Positions 1 through 9,275 of a DNA stretch of 64,000 nt are shown in pieces (position 1 is the stretch's first letter; each line of letters starts with the position of its first letter). The stretch is from Gemmatimonadaceae bacterium (GTDB lineage Bacteria > Gemmatimonadota > Gemmatimonadetes > Gemmatimonadales > Gemmatimonadaceae), in NCBI GenBank assembly GCA_022843265.1, contig JALHNZ010000003.1:64645-128644 (forward strand), in the 5' to 3' direction. The notes beneath the pieces are model-generated. The model saw only the letters and a program-made list of their open reading frames with translations, was not told the DNA's origin and did no database searches. The translations under genes were made by a program, and so were the position numbers.

Positions 1-200
1 CCGCCGCCACCACTCCCGATGCCACCGCCCGGACTAACCGGGTCGCCAGCCGATCCCCCGCCACAGGCGCTGACCAGCAGCGCCGTTAACGAGGCGGCGC
101 CGGCCACCGTGAGGAAGCCCCGTCGATCAACAACTGGCGCGTCGGTCTGCAGTTGACCGTGCGAACTCGAAGGACTGCTGGAATCATCGGGTCTCGCCAT
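1..200 (-). CDS. Partial CDS (5' end only, gene continues left of the window): Tat-signal lipoprotein of unknown function
   Basis: Not in the ORF track because it runs off the window. Manual minus-strand translation from ATG at 198-200 gives MARPDDSSSPSSSHGQLQTDAPVVDRRGFLTVAGAASLTALLVSACGGGSAGDPVSPGGGIGSGGG. It has a twin-arginine motif RRGFL, a hydrophobic h-region and a lipobox LVSAC. Confidence 0.5.
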   Translation of the reverse strand, partial: MARPDDSSSPSSSHGQLQTDAPVVDRRGFLTVAGAASLTALLVSACGGGSAGDPVSPGGGIGSGGG

Positions 201-531
201 TGTGGCATCCAGGTTCGAAGGTGAGGACACAGTGGTCGCCAGGATACCCAGAGCAGGCAACCGGTTCACTAGCCGAGCAAACGCACGCTTCATATACGAA
301 GTGCCCGCGCCGCGCTCTCTGTTACGCGGCGGACCGAGGAATCGGATTTCTCAGCGCGGCGCGGCCACTGCTGCCTCATGTCTGCCGCAGCCACACGCAG
401 TGTGTTGCGTCGCATTTCGAGAGGTGAAGGGTTGGCGCGCGCGCGTCCTGCACCTACGTTCGTTTCATCGCACTGCGCCACGCTGTTGCGCCACCGCGCA
501 GTCAGTGCACCCCGTATTCGGAGAACGCCAC

Positions 532-1083
532 ATGACGATGACCAAACCAAGCGCTCGCAAGCTCGCCACGCAGGCGGAGTGGACGCTCGTTGAGGCAAGC
601 TTTGGCCCGGCGCTGAAGCAGATCACCGAAGGGCGGCTCAAGCAGAAGATTGTGCGTGCTCGAAAGCTGCAGGACAAGTACCGCGATCTTTCGAGGCGGC
701 AGCGTGGTGAGGCGCGTGGCAAGCGCCGCGCGAAGAGCACGCGCCCGGCCGCCGGCAACGCCAATACTGTTTTGAAGCAGGAGATGTTCGCCGAAGCGCT
801 GCAGCGGTTTGAGGAGCAGCTGCAGCGTCTGCACGACAAGGCCGCAAGCCAGGCGGCGCGGGCGGAAAAGACAAAGGCGAAGAAATCGTCAACAAAAAAG
901 GCTGTCACGAAGAAATCCGCAGCGAAGACGTCCGCCGTGAAAACGTCGGCGGTGAAAACGTCGGCGAAGCGCGCGCCCAGTGCGAGCATGTCCAATAAGT
1001 TGGCACGTACCGGGGTCACCAAGAAGCAGGCACACGTCGGCGCGCGCGGTCGTAGAACGCAGGCGCGTCGCGACAGCCGCTAA
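532..1083 (+). CDS. Basic Lys/Ala-rich histone H1-like / nucleoid-associated protein (hypothetical)
   Basis: ORF 202..1083. I chose the in-frame ATG at 532, preceded by GGAGA at 520-524 (7-nt spacing). The product is strongly basic with the tail KKSSTKKAVTKKSAAKTSAVKTSAVKTSAKRA. Confidence 0.6.
   Translation: MTMTKPSARKLATQAEWTLVEASFGPALKQITEGRLKQKIVRARKLQDKYRDLSRRQRGEARGKRRAKSTRPAAGNANTVLKQEMFAEALQRFEEQLQRLHDKAASQAARAEKTKAKKSSTKKAVTKKSAAKTSAVKTSAVKTSAKRAPSASMSNKLARTGVTKKQAHVGARGRRTQARRDSR
922..966 (+). repeat. 15-nt tandem repeat (two perfect copies plus one imperfect) encoding KTSAV repeats
   Basis: gtgaaaacgtcggcg occurs at 937-951 and again at 952-966. It is preceded by the imperfect copy gcgaagacgtccgcc at 922-936. 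The repeat is in frame within the basic protein gene. Confidence 0.85.
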
Positions 1084-1099
1084 GCCGCCTGGACCCTGC

Positions 1100-3352
1100 A
1101 TGAAGCCACTCGCCGCACTGTTCGCTGCCACGCTGATGACCGTTTTGCTGCAGCCCGTTGCGCTCGCTGCGCAGAAGCCCGTCGCGACGGCGGCGTCAAC
1201 TAACGCACGGTTGGTGCGTTCACTGAATGCCACCCGACTCTCCGGGCCGATCAGTCTCGACGGCGTGGTGGATAGCACTGAGTGGGCCGGCGTCGCACGC
1301 ACCGGCGATTTCATTCAGTATTTCCCATTCGACACCGCGCCGGCCAAGGCGCCGGTCGAGTGGATGATCGCGTACGACGACAACACCCTGTATCTCGGTG
1401 CCGTGCTGCATGAGTACCGCGAGGGGGGCTATGTCTCGGCGTCGTTGCGCCGCGACTATCGCGGCAGTGCCAACGATGGCGTCACGCTGGTGCTCGATCC
1501 GTGGCGAGATGGCACGACGGGCGTGTTCTTTGGTGTGAATCCGTACAACGTGCAGCGCGAAGGTCTTGTGGTAAACGGTGGCGCCTCAGGCGAAGACTTT
1601 GATCGGTCGTGGGACAACGTGTGGTCGAGCGCGACCTATCGCGGCGATGGCTATTGGTCCGTGGAAATGGCAATCCCGTTCAAAGCGCTACGCTTCAACG
1701 CCGGCGATAAAACGTGGGGCATCAACTTTTATCGGATCGATAGCAAGGCCAACGAGCGCACCACTTGGAGCCCCATTCCGCGGCAGTTTCAGGTGTACAG
1801 TCTTGCATACCTCGGGGAGTTGCACTGGGATCAACCCATTACGGCGCGTAGCGGCGGTTTTACGCTCATTCCGTACGCGGCGGGCGGTGCGACTCGACAG
1901 TTCGAGGCTGGACTCGCGCGGCAGTCGGACGGTGATGTCGGACTGGATGCTAAAGTGATGGTCACGCCGTCACTGAATCTCGATCTCACGCTGAACCCGG
2001 ACTTCTCGCAAGTAGAAGTCGACGAACAGCAAACCAATCTCGATCGCTTTGAGCTGTTCTTTCCCGAGCGTCGACAGTTTTTTCTGGAGAACGCCGACTT
2101 GTTCTCCGGATTCGGCTTTGACAATGCGCGCCCTTTTTTCTCCCGACGCATTGGCATCGCGATTGACTCAAGCACGGGGCAGAACGTACAGAACCGCATT
2201 ATCGGCGGCGCGCGATTGAGTGGACGACTCAGCGACGACTGGCGCATCGGCATGATGTCGATGCAGGCCGCGTCGGATGGCGCGATCGGTGTGGGCGCAC
2301 GGAACTACGCGGTCGCGGCGGTGCAACGACAGCTGTTCGCCCGCTCAAATCTGGCATTCATCGCGGTCAACGAGCAAAACACCGAGGGTGGTCCGCTCGA
2401 TCCGCGCCGCCCGAACGATGTCTCCGCGAGCCGGATGCTGGGAGTGGATTACAATCTGGCGTCGGCCGATGGCGCGTGGTTCGGAAAGTTCTTTCATCAC
2501 CAACAGGTGTCTGAGGGCGCTGACACCGACGCGTATTCTCACGGCGTGTCGTTGCAGCGTAACGCACCGCTATGGCGCGCGAGGTGGGAGCACCAGATCA
2601 TTGGCGACGGCTTTGATGCGCGCACGGGCTTTGTCCCGCGTCGCGGATTTCAGCGCATCAATCCCGAGCTCGAGTTCAGCCGGTTTCCGGCGAGCACGCC
2701 GATCAATCGGCATGTGCTTCGCCTGGAAGGAAATCTCACCTGGGATGATCCGTGGGGATTAACTGATCGCACGCTGTCCGGACGCTACGCGGCCGAGTTC
2801 CGCAACACGGGGCAGTTCAATCTCACGGCACGCTCGCGATACACGCAGCTGTTCGCCCCGTTTCGTCCTGTACGTGGCGATGGCCTCGCGTTTGCCGCGG
2901 GCGAGTCGTTTGAGCAGCCGGAAGTAGAAGCCAGTCTTACCACCGATCCACGCGAAGTGATTTCCGGAACGTTTCGTGTTCGAGGCGGCAAGTATTTCAA
3001 CGGCTCACTGCGCCAGATGTCCGGTTCACTCAACTACCGCTGGCGTCAGTACGCCACCGGCGCGCTCACGTGGAACGTCAACCAGATTGACCTCGCCCCG
3101 GGCTACGACGACGCGACGCTGTGGTTGGTGGGGTCACGCATTGATGTGACGTTTACAACAACACTCTTCTGGACCACGTTCACGCAGTACAACAATCAGT
3201 TCGACAATCTTAATGTGAACAGCCGGTTGCAGTGGCGATTCCTGCCGGCGTCGGACTTGTTCATTGTGTACACCGACAACTATGTGCCCGATGGCTTGCG
3301 CCCGAAGAATCGGGCACTGCTCGCGAAGGTGAGTTGGTGGGTGAATCTGTAG
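1100..3352 (+). CDS. DUF5916 / CBM9-like domain outer-membrane protein
   Basis: ORF 980..3352. The ATG at 1100 gives the signal peptide MKPLAALFAATLMTVLLQPVALAAQ. An N-terminal CBM9-like block (LDGVVDSTEWAGV..GDFIQYFPFD..YLGAVLHE) is followed by a long beta-rich region ending AKVSWWVNL. Confidence 0.7.
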   Translation: MKPLAALFAATLMTVLLQPVALAAQKPVATAASTNARLVRSLNATRLSGPISLDGVVDSTEWAGVARTGDFIQYFPFDTAPAKAPVEWMIAYDDNTLYLGAVLHEYREGGYVSASLRRDYRGSANDGVTLVLDPWRDGTTGVFFGVNPYNVQREGLVVNGGASGEDFDRSWDNVWSSATYRGDGYWSVEMAIPFKALRFNAGDKTWGINFYRIDSKANERTTWSPIPRQFQVYSLAYLGELHWDQPITARSGGFTLIPYAAGGATRQFEAGLARQSDGDVGLDAKVMVTPSLNLDLTLNPDFSQVEVDEQQTNLDRFELFFPERRQFFLENADLFSGFGFDNARPFFSRRIGIAIDSSTGQNVQNRIIGGARLSGRLSDDWRIGMMSMQAASDGAIGVGARNYAVAAVQRQLFARSNLAFIAVNEQNTEGGPLDPRRPNDVSASRMLGVDYNLASADGAWFGKFFHHQQVSEGADTDAYSHGVSLQRNAPLWRARWEHQIIGDGFDARTGFVPRRGFQRINPELEFSRFPASTPINRHVLRLEGNLTWDDPWGLTDRTLSGRYAAEFRNTGQFNLTARSRYTQLFAPFRPVRGDGLAFAAGESFEQPEVEASLTTDPREVISGTFRVRGGKYFNGSLRQMSGSLNYRWRQYATGALTWNVNQIDLAPGYDDATLWLVGSRIDVTFTTTLFWTTFTQYNNQFDNLNVNSRLQWRFLPASDLFIVYTDNYVPDGLRPKNRALLAKVSWWVNL

Positions 3353-3354
3353 GG

Positions 3355-3642
3355 TCACGGGCTGTCAGACTGGCCGCCGCGCCTTTCAAGGCCTCGCACG
3401 ATGCGCTCAACGGCTTCTCGGGGCAGGGTATCGTTTGCCACGAGTAATCGCGACAGTTCGGCCACAACGAGTTGCAGGTCTGTGACCTCACGTCGAAGCG
3501 TGACGAGTGCGTCATCACGCGATTGAAGCGTGGATCGCTGCTTGTTCAGCTGCGCGCGCAGGTGCGCTACATCTTCTTCGATGTCGTCCAGCGTAAACTG
3601 CTGACCAATGTCACCGAACAGCAGCATTGGGATCCAGCTCAT
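3355..3642 (-). CDS. Hypothetical small coiled-coil protein
   Basis: 95-aa ORF. Its ATG overlaps the stop of the upstream DUF4440 gene by 4 nt (3639-3642). The sequence is heptad-like (DDIEEDVAHLRAQLNKQRSTLQSRDDALVTLRREVTDLQLVVAEL). I recognised no family. Confidence 0.45.
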   Translation of the reverse strand: MSWIPMLLFGDIGQQFTLDDIEEDVAHLRAQLNKQRSTLQSRDDALVTLRREVTDLQLVVAELSRLLVANDTLPREAVERIVRGLERRGGQSDSP

Positions 3643-4067
3643 GAGATACCTCCATTGACTTCACGTGGCAAATCGTTCTGTGCGTCCGGATCGTTTATCG
3701 CACTCACATGACCCGCAACAACACGCCAGGCATCGTTGCGGCGTGCCCACACCCGAGTATAGCGAAAATCACCGGCGAACTCGGCCTCATGAAAGCGTCC
3801 GGCGAGGCGCGCTTGCAGGGCTACGACCACCACCTCGTCGGTTACGCTGATCCATTGCAGATTCCGCGGTTCATGAGACGTGAACTGCACCACGCAATCA
3901 CGATGCATCGCGAGATCGTCCGCTTTGGTGGCGAGAGCGCCGTCGGGTCCGGTGAACAGCAGCGCGTCGTCAATCAGTCGGTCCAGCGTCGTCACGTCGG
4001 AGTTCAACTGAGCCGCGCGCAGTTCAGATTCCAGCTGCTGAATGGTGTCTTCTATGTTCACGGTCAC
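3639..4067 (-). CDS. DUF4440 / SnoaL-like (NTF2 fold) protein
   Basis: ORF 3639..4187. The conserved domain begins about at IQQLESELRAAQLNSDVTTLDRLIDDALLFTGPDG and ends ..YTRVWARRNDAWRVVAGHVS. I chose GTG at 4065-4067; GTG at 4059-4061 or the upstream ATGs are also possible. Confidence 0.6.
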   Translation of the reverse strand: MTVNIEDTIQQLESELRAAQLNSDVTTLDRLIDDALLFTGPDGALATKADDLAMHRDCVVQFTSHEPRNLQWISVTDEVVVVALQARLAGRFHEAEFAGDFRYTRVWARRNDAWRVVAGHVSAINDPDAQNDLPREVNGGIS

Positions 4068-4190
4068 GAATGTTAGTAGGTGGAAAGAACGGCGCGAGTC
4101 CGTCAATGCGGTTAAGTTCTGCCAAGCATACCCGAGTGCCGGCAGCGACATCACAGCATCAGGTGAACGGCGCCGCCACGCCAGCAAGCA

Positions 4191-4895
4191 CTAGCGCGCT
4201 TCGTCCGCCCGCGGCACAGCGCCGGTCAAACGCGTCACGAATCGCTCCAGACGGGAAAAGAACTGCACGCGCACCAACGCGCGGTTACACCATCCCAGCG
4301 CAATGCAATAGTTGGATACGTACGGCGGCGCGTGATGCTCGGCGTGATGCGCATGGCTCATGAGCACGCCCCATCGCTGCAGTGCGTGCACGAACGCCGG
4401 CGGTGATGTCATATGGGCCCACTGGTGCACTTGATTGGTGGGCAGCGTTGTTGCTGCCAGTGCGATGATGAACGTGACGCATGCCTGTCCCGAAAAACTG
4501 TCGAGCGGAATCAGGAACGTCGCGGCGAGCACGGCGCTGACGATCGTGCCCACATCACCGTTCGTATCAATCCAATGGCGCGTGAGGAAGTCATCCGGAT
4601 TGATGTGGTGCACCCGAAACGGACGCAGCAGACGCTTGCCCAACACGGGCATCGCTTCGGATCCCCACGTATCCGCGCCCCAGTGCACGATCCCTGAGAG
4701 GAAATCGGCCACGAGCATTCCGGTGAGCCACAGGGGCAGCATCCACCACGACACTCCGCCGTGGGACTGCGCGAGTCGGGCAACATGCACACCTAATAGC
4801 AGCACGGCGGCAATGATCGAACAGAGCGCCACCGCTCGTGTCACGAGTCCGGGTGTTTCCAAAACCGGGAGCGGGTCGTGCGCAGCGTCTTGCAT
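4191..4895 (-). CDS. carF: PEDS1/TMEM189/CarF-family lipid desaturase (plasmanylethanolamine desaturase-like)
   Basis: Several blocks match my recollection of human PEDS1/TMEM189: IVHWGADTWGSEAMPVLGKRLLRPFRVHHINPDDF, IDTNGD, TNQVHQWAHM, HHAEHHAPPYVSNYCIALGWCN and LTGAVPRADE. It is a multi-TM protein with His-box clusters. Confidence 0.8.
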   Translation of the reverse strand: MQDAAHDPLPVLETPGLVTRAVALCSIIAAVLLLGVHVARLAQSHGGVSWWMLPLWLTGMLVADFLSGIVHWGADTWGSEAMPVLGKRLLRPFRVHHINPDDFLTRHWIDTNGDVGTIVSAVLAATFLIPLDSFSGQACVTFIIALAATTLPTNQVHQWAHMTSPPAFVHALQRWGVLMSHAHHAEHHAPPYVSNYCIALGWCNRALVRVQFFSRLERFVTRLTGAVPRADEAR

Positions 4896-4900
4896 GGCAA

Positions 4901-6055
4901 TCAGGAGACGTCTGGCGAACGCCGCCGAGGACGTATCGGATACACCAGCTGCGAGGCGAAACCGTCTGGCACATCACTCTCGTGAATGCCATAGCCTGCG
5001 GGCCAGGCGCCCGCGGGGCCGTAGTAGGTGCCGAACAACTTGTCGAGAAACGGAAAGTGCACGGCAAAGTTTTTGTCGATCGCTTCGTGCTCAATCGCGT
5101 GATGCCAATGATGAAAGCGCGGCGTCACAATCACGGACTCAACCCAACGCGGAAATCGCCAGGAGACATTGCTGTGAATGAACACCGCGTGTACGGATAC
5201 GAACACGAGATACGCGTACAGTGGCCCCGTATCGAACCCGAGAACAAACAGCGGCACAAACGTGAGGCCGCGCGTGAGCACAATGTCCACAATGTGCAAT
5301 CGGGAGCCGGCGAGCCAGTCCATTTCCGTGCTGGAATGATGCACGGCGTGAAACGGCCATAACCACTTCGATTTGTGAAAGAACCGATGAATGGTGTACT
5401 CGGCCAGATCCGCGACCAGCATGCATTGCAGAAACTGCAGCACCGCTGGTTGTGCGCGCACGGCGGATTGCAGCGCTGGATGAATCGCCCAGTCAAAAAA
5501 CACCTGTGCCGGCATGAGTGTCAGCAGCGTTGACACTTGCACGAGTAAATGGCTCACAAAAAAATAGATCGTATCCGTCGCCCAGCCGCGTCGAAAAACC
5601 GACTGCCCGCGTTTGTGCGGCCACAGTTTTTCGAGTGGCACAAACACAATCGCGAGCAGCAGCAGATTCAGCAGGAACCAGTCGAGGCCCAGGTACACGG
5701 GCGTCTTTGGCACCGCGCCCTCGTACGGAATGTTGCCGCCGCCGGCGAGTGCGGCCGCCATTGCCAGCACCACGCCTGCAATGCCCAGTGTTTTACGGCG
5801 ACGCAGCAACAGACTCAAGAAGCCGAGCAGGAAACCAGCGCCAATCACGAGCTGAATGGTCGTGCGCACAATCGGCATGGGCAGCACTGCACGCACATCC
5901 GGACTAGTCAGCAGCTCGGGTACATAAAAGCACACCACCGCGCCCACGGCCAGCACACCGAGGAACACCGAGATGGTACCACTCATCCATCCGGAGCCCA
6001 GGTGCGTGGGTTCGTCGTCTCCGAAGACGCGTGCTACACGATCGTCGAGATGCAT
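4901..6055 (-). CDS. Fatty acid hydroxylase superfamily (sterol desaturase-like) membrane enzyme with N-terminal multi-TM extension
   Basis: His boxes HRFFHKSKW, FHAVHHSS, HSN and FHHWHHAIEHE. The N-terminal ~180 aa are hydrophobic. The gene lies 5 nt upstream of the CarF-like gene on the same strand. Confidence 0.75.
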   Translation of the reverse strand: MHLDDRVARVFGDDEPTHLGSGWMSGTISVFLGVLAVGAVVCFYVPELLTSPDVRAVLPMPIVRTTIQLVIGAGFLLGFLSLLLRRRKTLGIAGVVLAMAAALAGGGNIPYEGAVPKTPVYLGLDWFLLNLLLLAIVFVPLEKLWPHKRGQSVFRRGWATDTIYFFVSHLLVQVSTLLTLMPAQVFFDWAIHPALQSAVRAQPAVLQFLQCMLVADLAEYTIHRFFHKSKWLWPFHAVHHSSTEMDWLAGSRLHIVDIVLTRGLTFVPLFVLGFDTGPLYAYLVFVSVHAVFIHSNVSWRFPRWVESVIVTPRFHHWHHAIEHEAIDKNFAVHFPFLDKLFGTYYGPAGAWPAGYGIHESDVPDGFASQLVYPIRPRRRSPDVS

Positions 6056-6064
6056 GCCGGTAGG

Positions 6065-6439
6065 TTATCGATGCTGATCAAAGAGGATCTGGTTCCCATC
6101 CGGGTCCATCACAACAAAGCTTGCCGGCCCCGTCGTGGTTTCGTCGGCTTCGGTGGCAAACGTGATGCCTTGCGCCTTCAAGGTTTTCTGGATCTCTCGC
6201 ACATCCGTAAACGCCGCGATGTCCTTTGCGTTGCTGTCCCATCCCGGGTTGAACGTGAGAATATTGACGGAGAACATTCCCTGGAAGAGACCGATGATCG
6301 TCTCGTCTTCATTCTTCAGGATCAACCAGTTCTGCGATTGATCGCCGCCGAACGCACGAAAGCCGAACGCTTCGTAGAACGCGCGAGACGCGGCGATATC
6401 CTTGACCGCCAGACTGACTGAGAAGGCTCCGAGTTTCAT
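6065..6439 (-). CDS. VOC family (glyoxalase/bleomycin-resistance fold) protein
   Basis: 124 aa, MKLGAFSVSLAVKDIAASRAFYEAFGFRAFGGD..FVVMDPDGNQILFDQH, a typical VOC fold signature. It lies 9 nt upstream of the FAH-family gene. Confidence 0.75.
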   Translation of the reverse strand: MKLGAFSVSLAVKDIAASRAFYEAFGFRAFGGDQSQNWLILKNEDETIIGLFQGMFSVNILTFNPGWDSNAKDIAAFTDVREIQKTLKAQGITFATEADETTTGPASFVVMDPDGNQILFDQHR

Positions 6440-6590
6440 GACCGGTCCGGTTAGGGTTTCGGGAGAATGTCGGCCAGATGGCGTCAGGTGGTGCCGATGG
6501 GGTATCCTGTGGCCGCTAGATCATGCGCTTTCAGCGCCGGAAGCACAACGCTCGCCGTTAACAAGGGCCGCGCTCGATCGTCATTCTATC

Positions 6591-7691
6591 ATGCGACATC
6601 ACGTCCGCGTGCTCATCCTCGCTGTAACCCTTGGCGCATGCGCCAGTTCGTCGACCGCACCCGAACAATCAGCCGGACCCACAGTCCCTGATCCGCGGTC
6701 GCAAGCGATGTATTTCCCGCCGTTGACCACCGATGCCTGGGAAACCGTTTCCCCCGCCGCCCTCGGGTGGGATACGGTCGCGCTGAACAATGCCCTCACC
6801 TTTGCCGGTCAACAGAAATCGACGGGCGTCGTGATTCTCTGGCGCGGGCGCATTGCCGCTGAACGGTACTGGAACGGTTGGACGCCAACGAAGGATTCGA
6901 TTATTGCGTCGGCCGGTAAAACCGTGACGTCGTTCCTGATCGGTCAGTTGCAGGAGCAGGGGCGTCTCGATATCTCACGCCCGGTGTCGGCGTACCTCGG
7001 CAACGGGTGGTCGCGCTCGCCTGTATCAGAGCCTCGCATCACCGTGCAGCATCTGCTGAGCATGAGTTCAGGGCTCGATGACTCACTGCGGTTTGTGCGA
7101 GAACCGGGAACACAGTTTTACTATAACAACCCGGCGTACTACCAAGCGTTCGAGCTGATTACGCGCGCCACAGGGCAAACCATGACCGCCGCGACAAGTG
7201 CGCTGTTGTGGAATCGCATCGGAATGCGTACGGCTTCGTGGCGCTTCAACATTGACACGGGCGAACCAGGCTTCGTGATGAGTTGCAGCACGCGTGACAT
7301 GGCGCGCTTCGGGCACCTGATCTTGAACCGCGGTCGCTGGGACACGCAGGTGCTGCTGTCCGATGCGTCGTACCTGAACGCGAGCGTGAACAGTTCGCAA
7401 TCGAGTAACCCGGCCTACGGATACCTGTGGTGGCTCAACGGCAAGTCATCCTATCGCACGCCTGGACCATACTGGCTGCCCAACGTGACGGGCGCCCTTA
7501 TTCCCAGTGCTCCAGCCGATCTGGTCGCGGCATTGGGCAAAGGCGACAAGAAAATCTACGTGATTCCGTCGCTGGAGCTTGTCGTGGTCCGACACGGCAA
7601 CGAGGCAGACGTAGCGGGCGGGAATCCATTGGCCATCAGCTCATTCGACGAACAGTTCTGGCAGCGACTGCGCGTCGCGCTCAGGTACTGA
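6591..7691 (+). CDS. Serine hydrolase (beta-lactamase / class C-like family) lipoprotein
   Basis: ORF 6402..7691. The ATG at 6591 gives the lipoprotein signal MRHHVRVLILAVTLGAC. There is an SxxK motif SAGKT, a YYNNPAY block, and WWLNG later in the sequence. Confidence 0.75.
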   Translation: MRHHVRVLILAVTLGACASSSTAPEQSAGPTVPDPRSQAMYFPPLTTDAWETVSPAALGWDTVALNNALTFAGQQKSTGVVILWRGRIAAERYWNGWTPTKDSIIASAGKTVTSFLIGQLQEQGRLDISRPVSAYLGNGWSRSPVSEPRITVQHLLSMSSGLDDSLRFVREPGTQFYYNNPAYYQAFELITRATGQTMTAATSALLWNRIGMRTASWRFNIDTGEPGFVMSCSTRDMARFGHLILNRGRWDTQVLLSDASYLNASVNSSQSSNPAYGYLWWLNGKSSYRTPGPYWLPNVTGALIPSAPADLVAALGKGDKKIYVIPSLELVVVRHGNEADVAGGNPLAISSFDEQFWQRLRVALRY

Positions 7692-7815
7692 CGGCGGACG
7701 CCGCGACGGTCGCCTCTCGTCGAAACGGCTTGAAGGTGTCGCAGAGGGACTGGTCCTCGGATTCCGGGGTACGCAGTTTGACGTGGGGGATGGTGCGTAC
7801 TCCGAACCAGATCAG

Positions 7816-9177
7816 ATGAGTGTACTTGGATGGATGACCGCAGTTGGCGCACTGCTGCTGCTGATGGCCTTGCTGTCAGCGTACGTCGAACGATTGCCAA
7901 TCTCGACATCGCTCATATACCTGCTGGTTGGTCTTGGGCTCGGCCCGCTTGGCTTCGGCCTGATGCGACTCGAGATCGAATCGCAGCGCGTCTGGGTGGA
8001 GACGATTACGGAGATTGCCGTGATCATCTCGCTGTTTGTGGGCGGGCTACGCTTGCGACTGCCCCTCAGGAACAGGACCTGGTTTGTCGCCCTCCGTCTG
8101 GCGGGACCGGTCATGATTTTCTCCATCGTCGGCGTGGCAGCCGCGGCGCACTTCTTGCTCGGCTTGCCGATTGCCGTGGCGTTGTTGCTTGGTGCCATCG
8201 TTGCACCGACTGACCCGGTGCTCGCCGCTGAAGTGGCGGTGCACGATGCCGAAGACCATGATCGTGTGCGCTACGGCTTGTCGGGTGAAGCCGGTCTGAA
8301 CGATGGCGCCGCGTTTCCCTTTGTCATTTTTGGTCTGGAGTTCATGCGTGCGGGCGGTCTTGATGCATGGGTGGGCGAATGGTTTCTCAGCCGCGTTGTG
8401 TGGGCGGTTCCGGCCGGAATCGCCATTGGTTATCTGCTTGGCACCGGCGTTGGACAGCTCGCCATAAGGATTCGCGCACGCAGTAGTCACGCGGCGGCGC
8501 CCAATGACTTTCTTGCACTCGCACTGATCGCCTTGTCGTACGTGGCGGCGGAGTACGCGCATGCATGGGGATTTCTCGCCGTATTTGCAGCCGGTGTTGG
8601 ACTGCGTCACGCTGAGGTGCGCGTAGTGCGCGCGTCGCCGCATCACGAACATGCAGATCTTTCTGATCCCATCGGCGCGCAAGCCGAGAATCACCCCCCA
8701 GCCGAAACACTCGTCAGTGCGCAGCACAGTGACGAAGCAAATCAACAACCCGCCATGGCCGCCGGTGTGCTGATCGCCGAAGCGTTGTCTTTCGGCGACA
8801 CGCTTGAACGCATGCTCGAGGTCTTCCTCGTCGTGCTCGTCGGCATCGCTGTGGCAAGCGTGTGGAGCTGGTCTGGCGCGCTCCTGGCCATGCTGCTGTT
8901 TGTGCTCATCAGACCGATCGCCACGTGGGTTTCCATGGCCGGATCGCGCACTTCACGGGCGCAGCGCTACCTGCTTGGCTGGTTCGGCATTCGCGGCATC
9001 GGCAGTTTGTATTACCTGAGTTACGCGCTCAATCACGGTGTGCCGAGCAGCGATGGCGAGCAGTTGGTCGGTCTGGTGGTCACCGTGATCGCGTGCAGCA
9101 TTGTGATTCACGGCGTGACGGTGACGCCGGCGCTGCAGTGGTACGAGCGATCGCTGGCGCGGCGAGTCGTCGCATAA
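7816..9177 (+). CDS. Cation:proton antiporter (CPA1, Na+/H+ exchanger family)
   Basis: ORF 7783..9177; the start is ATG 7816 or 7783. It has 10 or more TM segments, the blocks LGAIVAPTDPVLA and GEAGLNDGAAFPF typical of NhaP-type exchangers, and a central hydrophilic insert. Confidence 0.8.
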   Translation: MSVLGWMTAVGALLLLMALLSAYVERLPISTSLIYLLVGLGLGPLGFGLMRLEIESQRVWVETITEIAVIISLFVGGLRLRLPLRNRTWFVALRLAGPVMIFSIVGVAAAAHFLLGLPIAVALLLGAIVAPTDPVLAAEVAVHDAEDHDRVRYGLSGEAGLNDGAAFPFVIFGLEFMRAGGLDAWVGEWFLSRVVWAVPAGIAIGYLLGTGVGQLAIRIRARSSHAAAPNDFLALALIALSYVAAEYAHAWGFLAVFAAGVGLRHAEVRVVRASPHHEHADLSDPIGAQAENHPPAETLVSAQHSDEANQQPAMAAGVLIAEALSFGDTLERMLEVFLVVLVGIAVASVWSWSGALLAMLLFVLIRPIATWVSMAGSRTSRAQRYLLGWFGIRGIGSLYYLSYALNHGVPSSDGEQLVGLVVTVIACSIVIHGVTVTPALQWYERSLARRVVA

Positions 9178-9198
9178 TGCGTAGCGGTGCGATTGACA

Positions 9199-9275
9199 GT
9201 GACACGGTGGTGACCAATCGGTGACACGGATGACACGGTGGTGTGATCATCATTCTCCCGGATCGTGTGACACCG
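9199..9275 (+). repeat. Cluster of TGACACGG direct repeats in the antiporter-dgkA intergenic region
   Basis: tgacacgg occurs at 9200-9207, 9222-9229 and 9231-9238. The first and third copies extend to tgacacggtggtg. A variant tgacaccg lies at 9268-9275. Confidence 0.6.

Noticed and set aside
205-225. GGTTCGAA sequence resembling a tRNA T-arm
   Set aside because: I could not fold the surrounding sequence into acceptor, D or anticodon arms, so this is not a tRNA.
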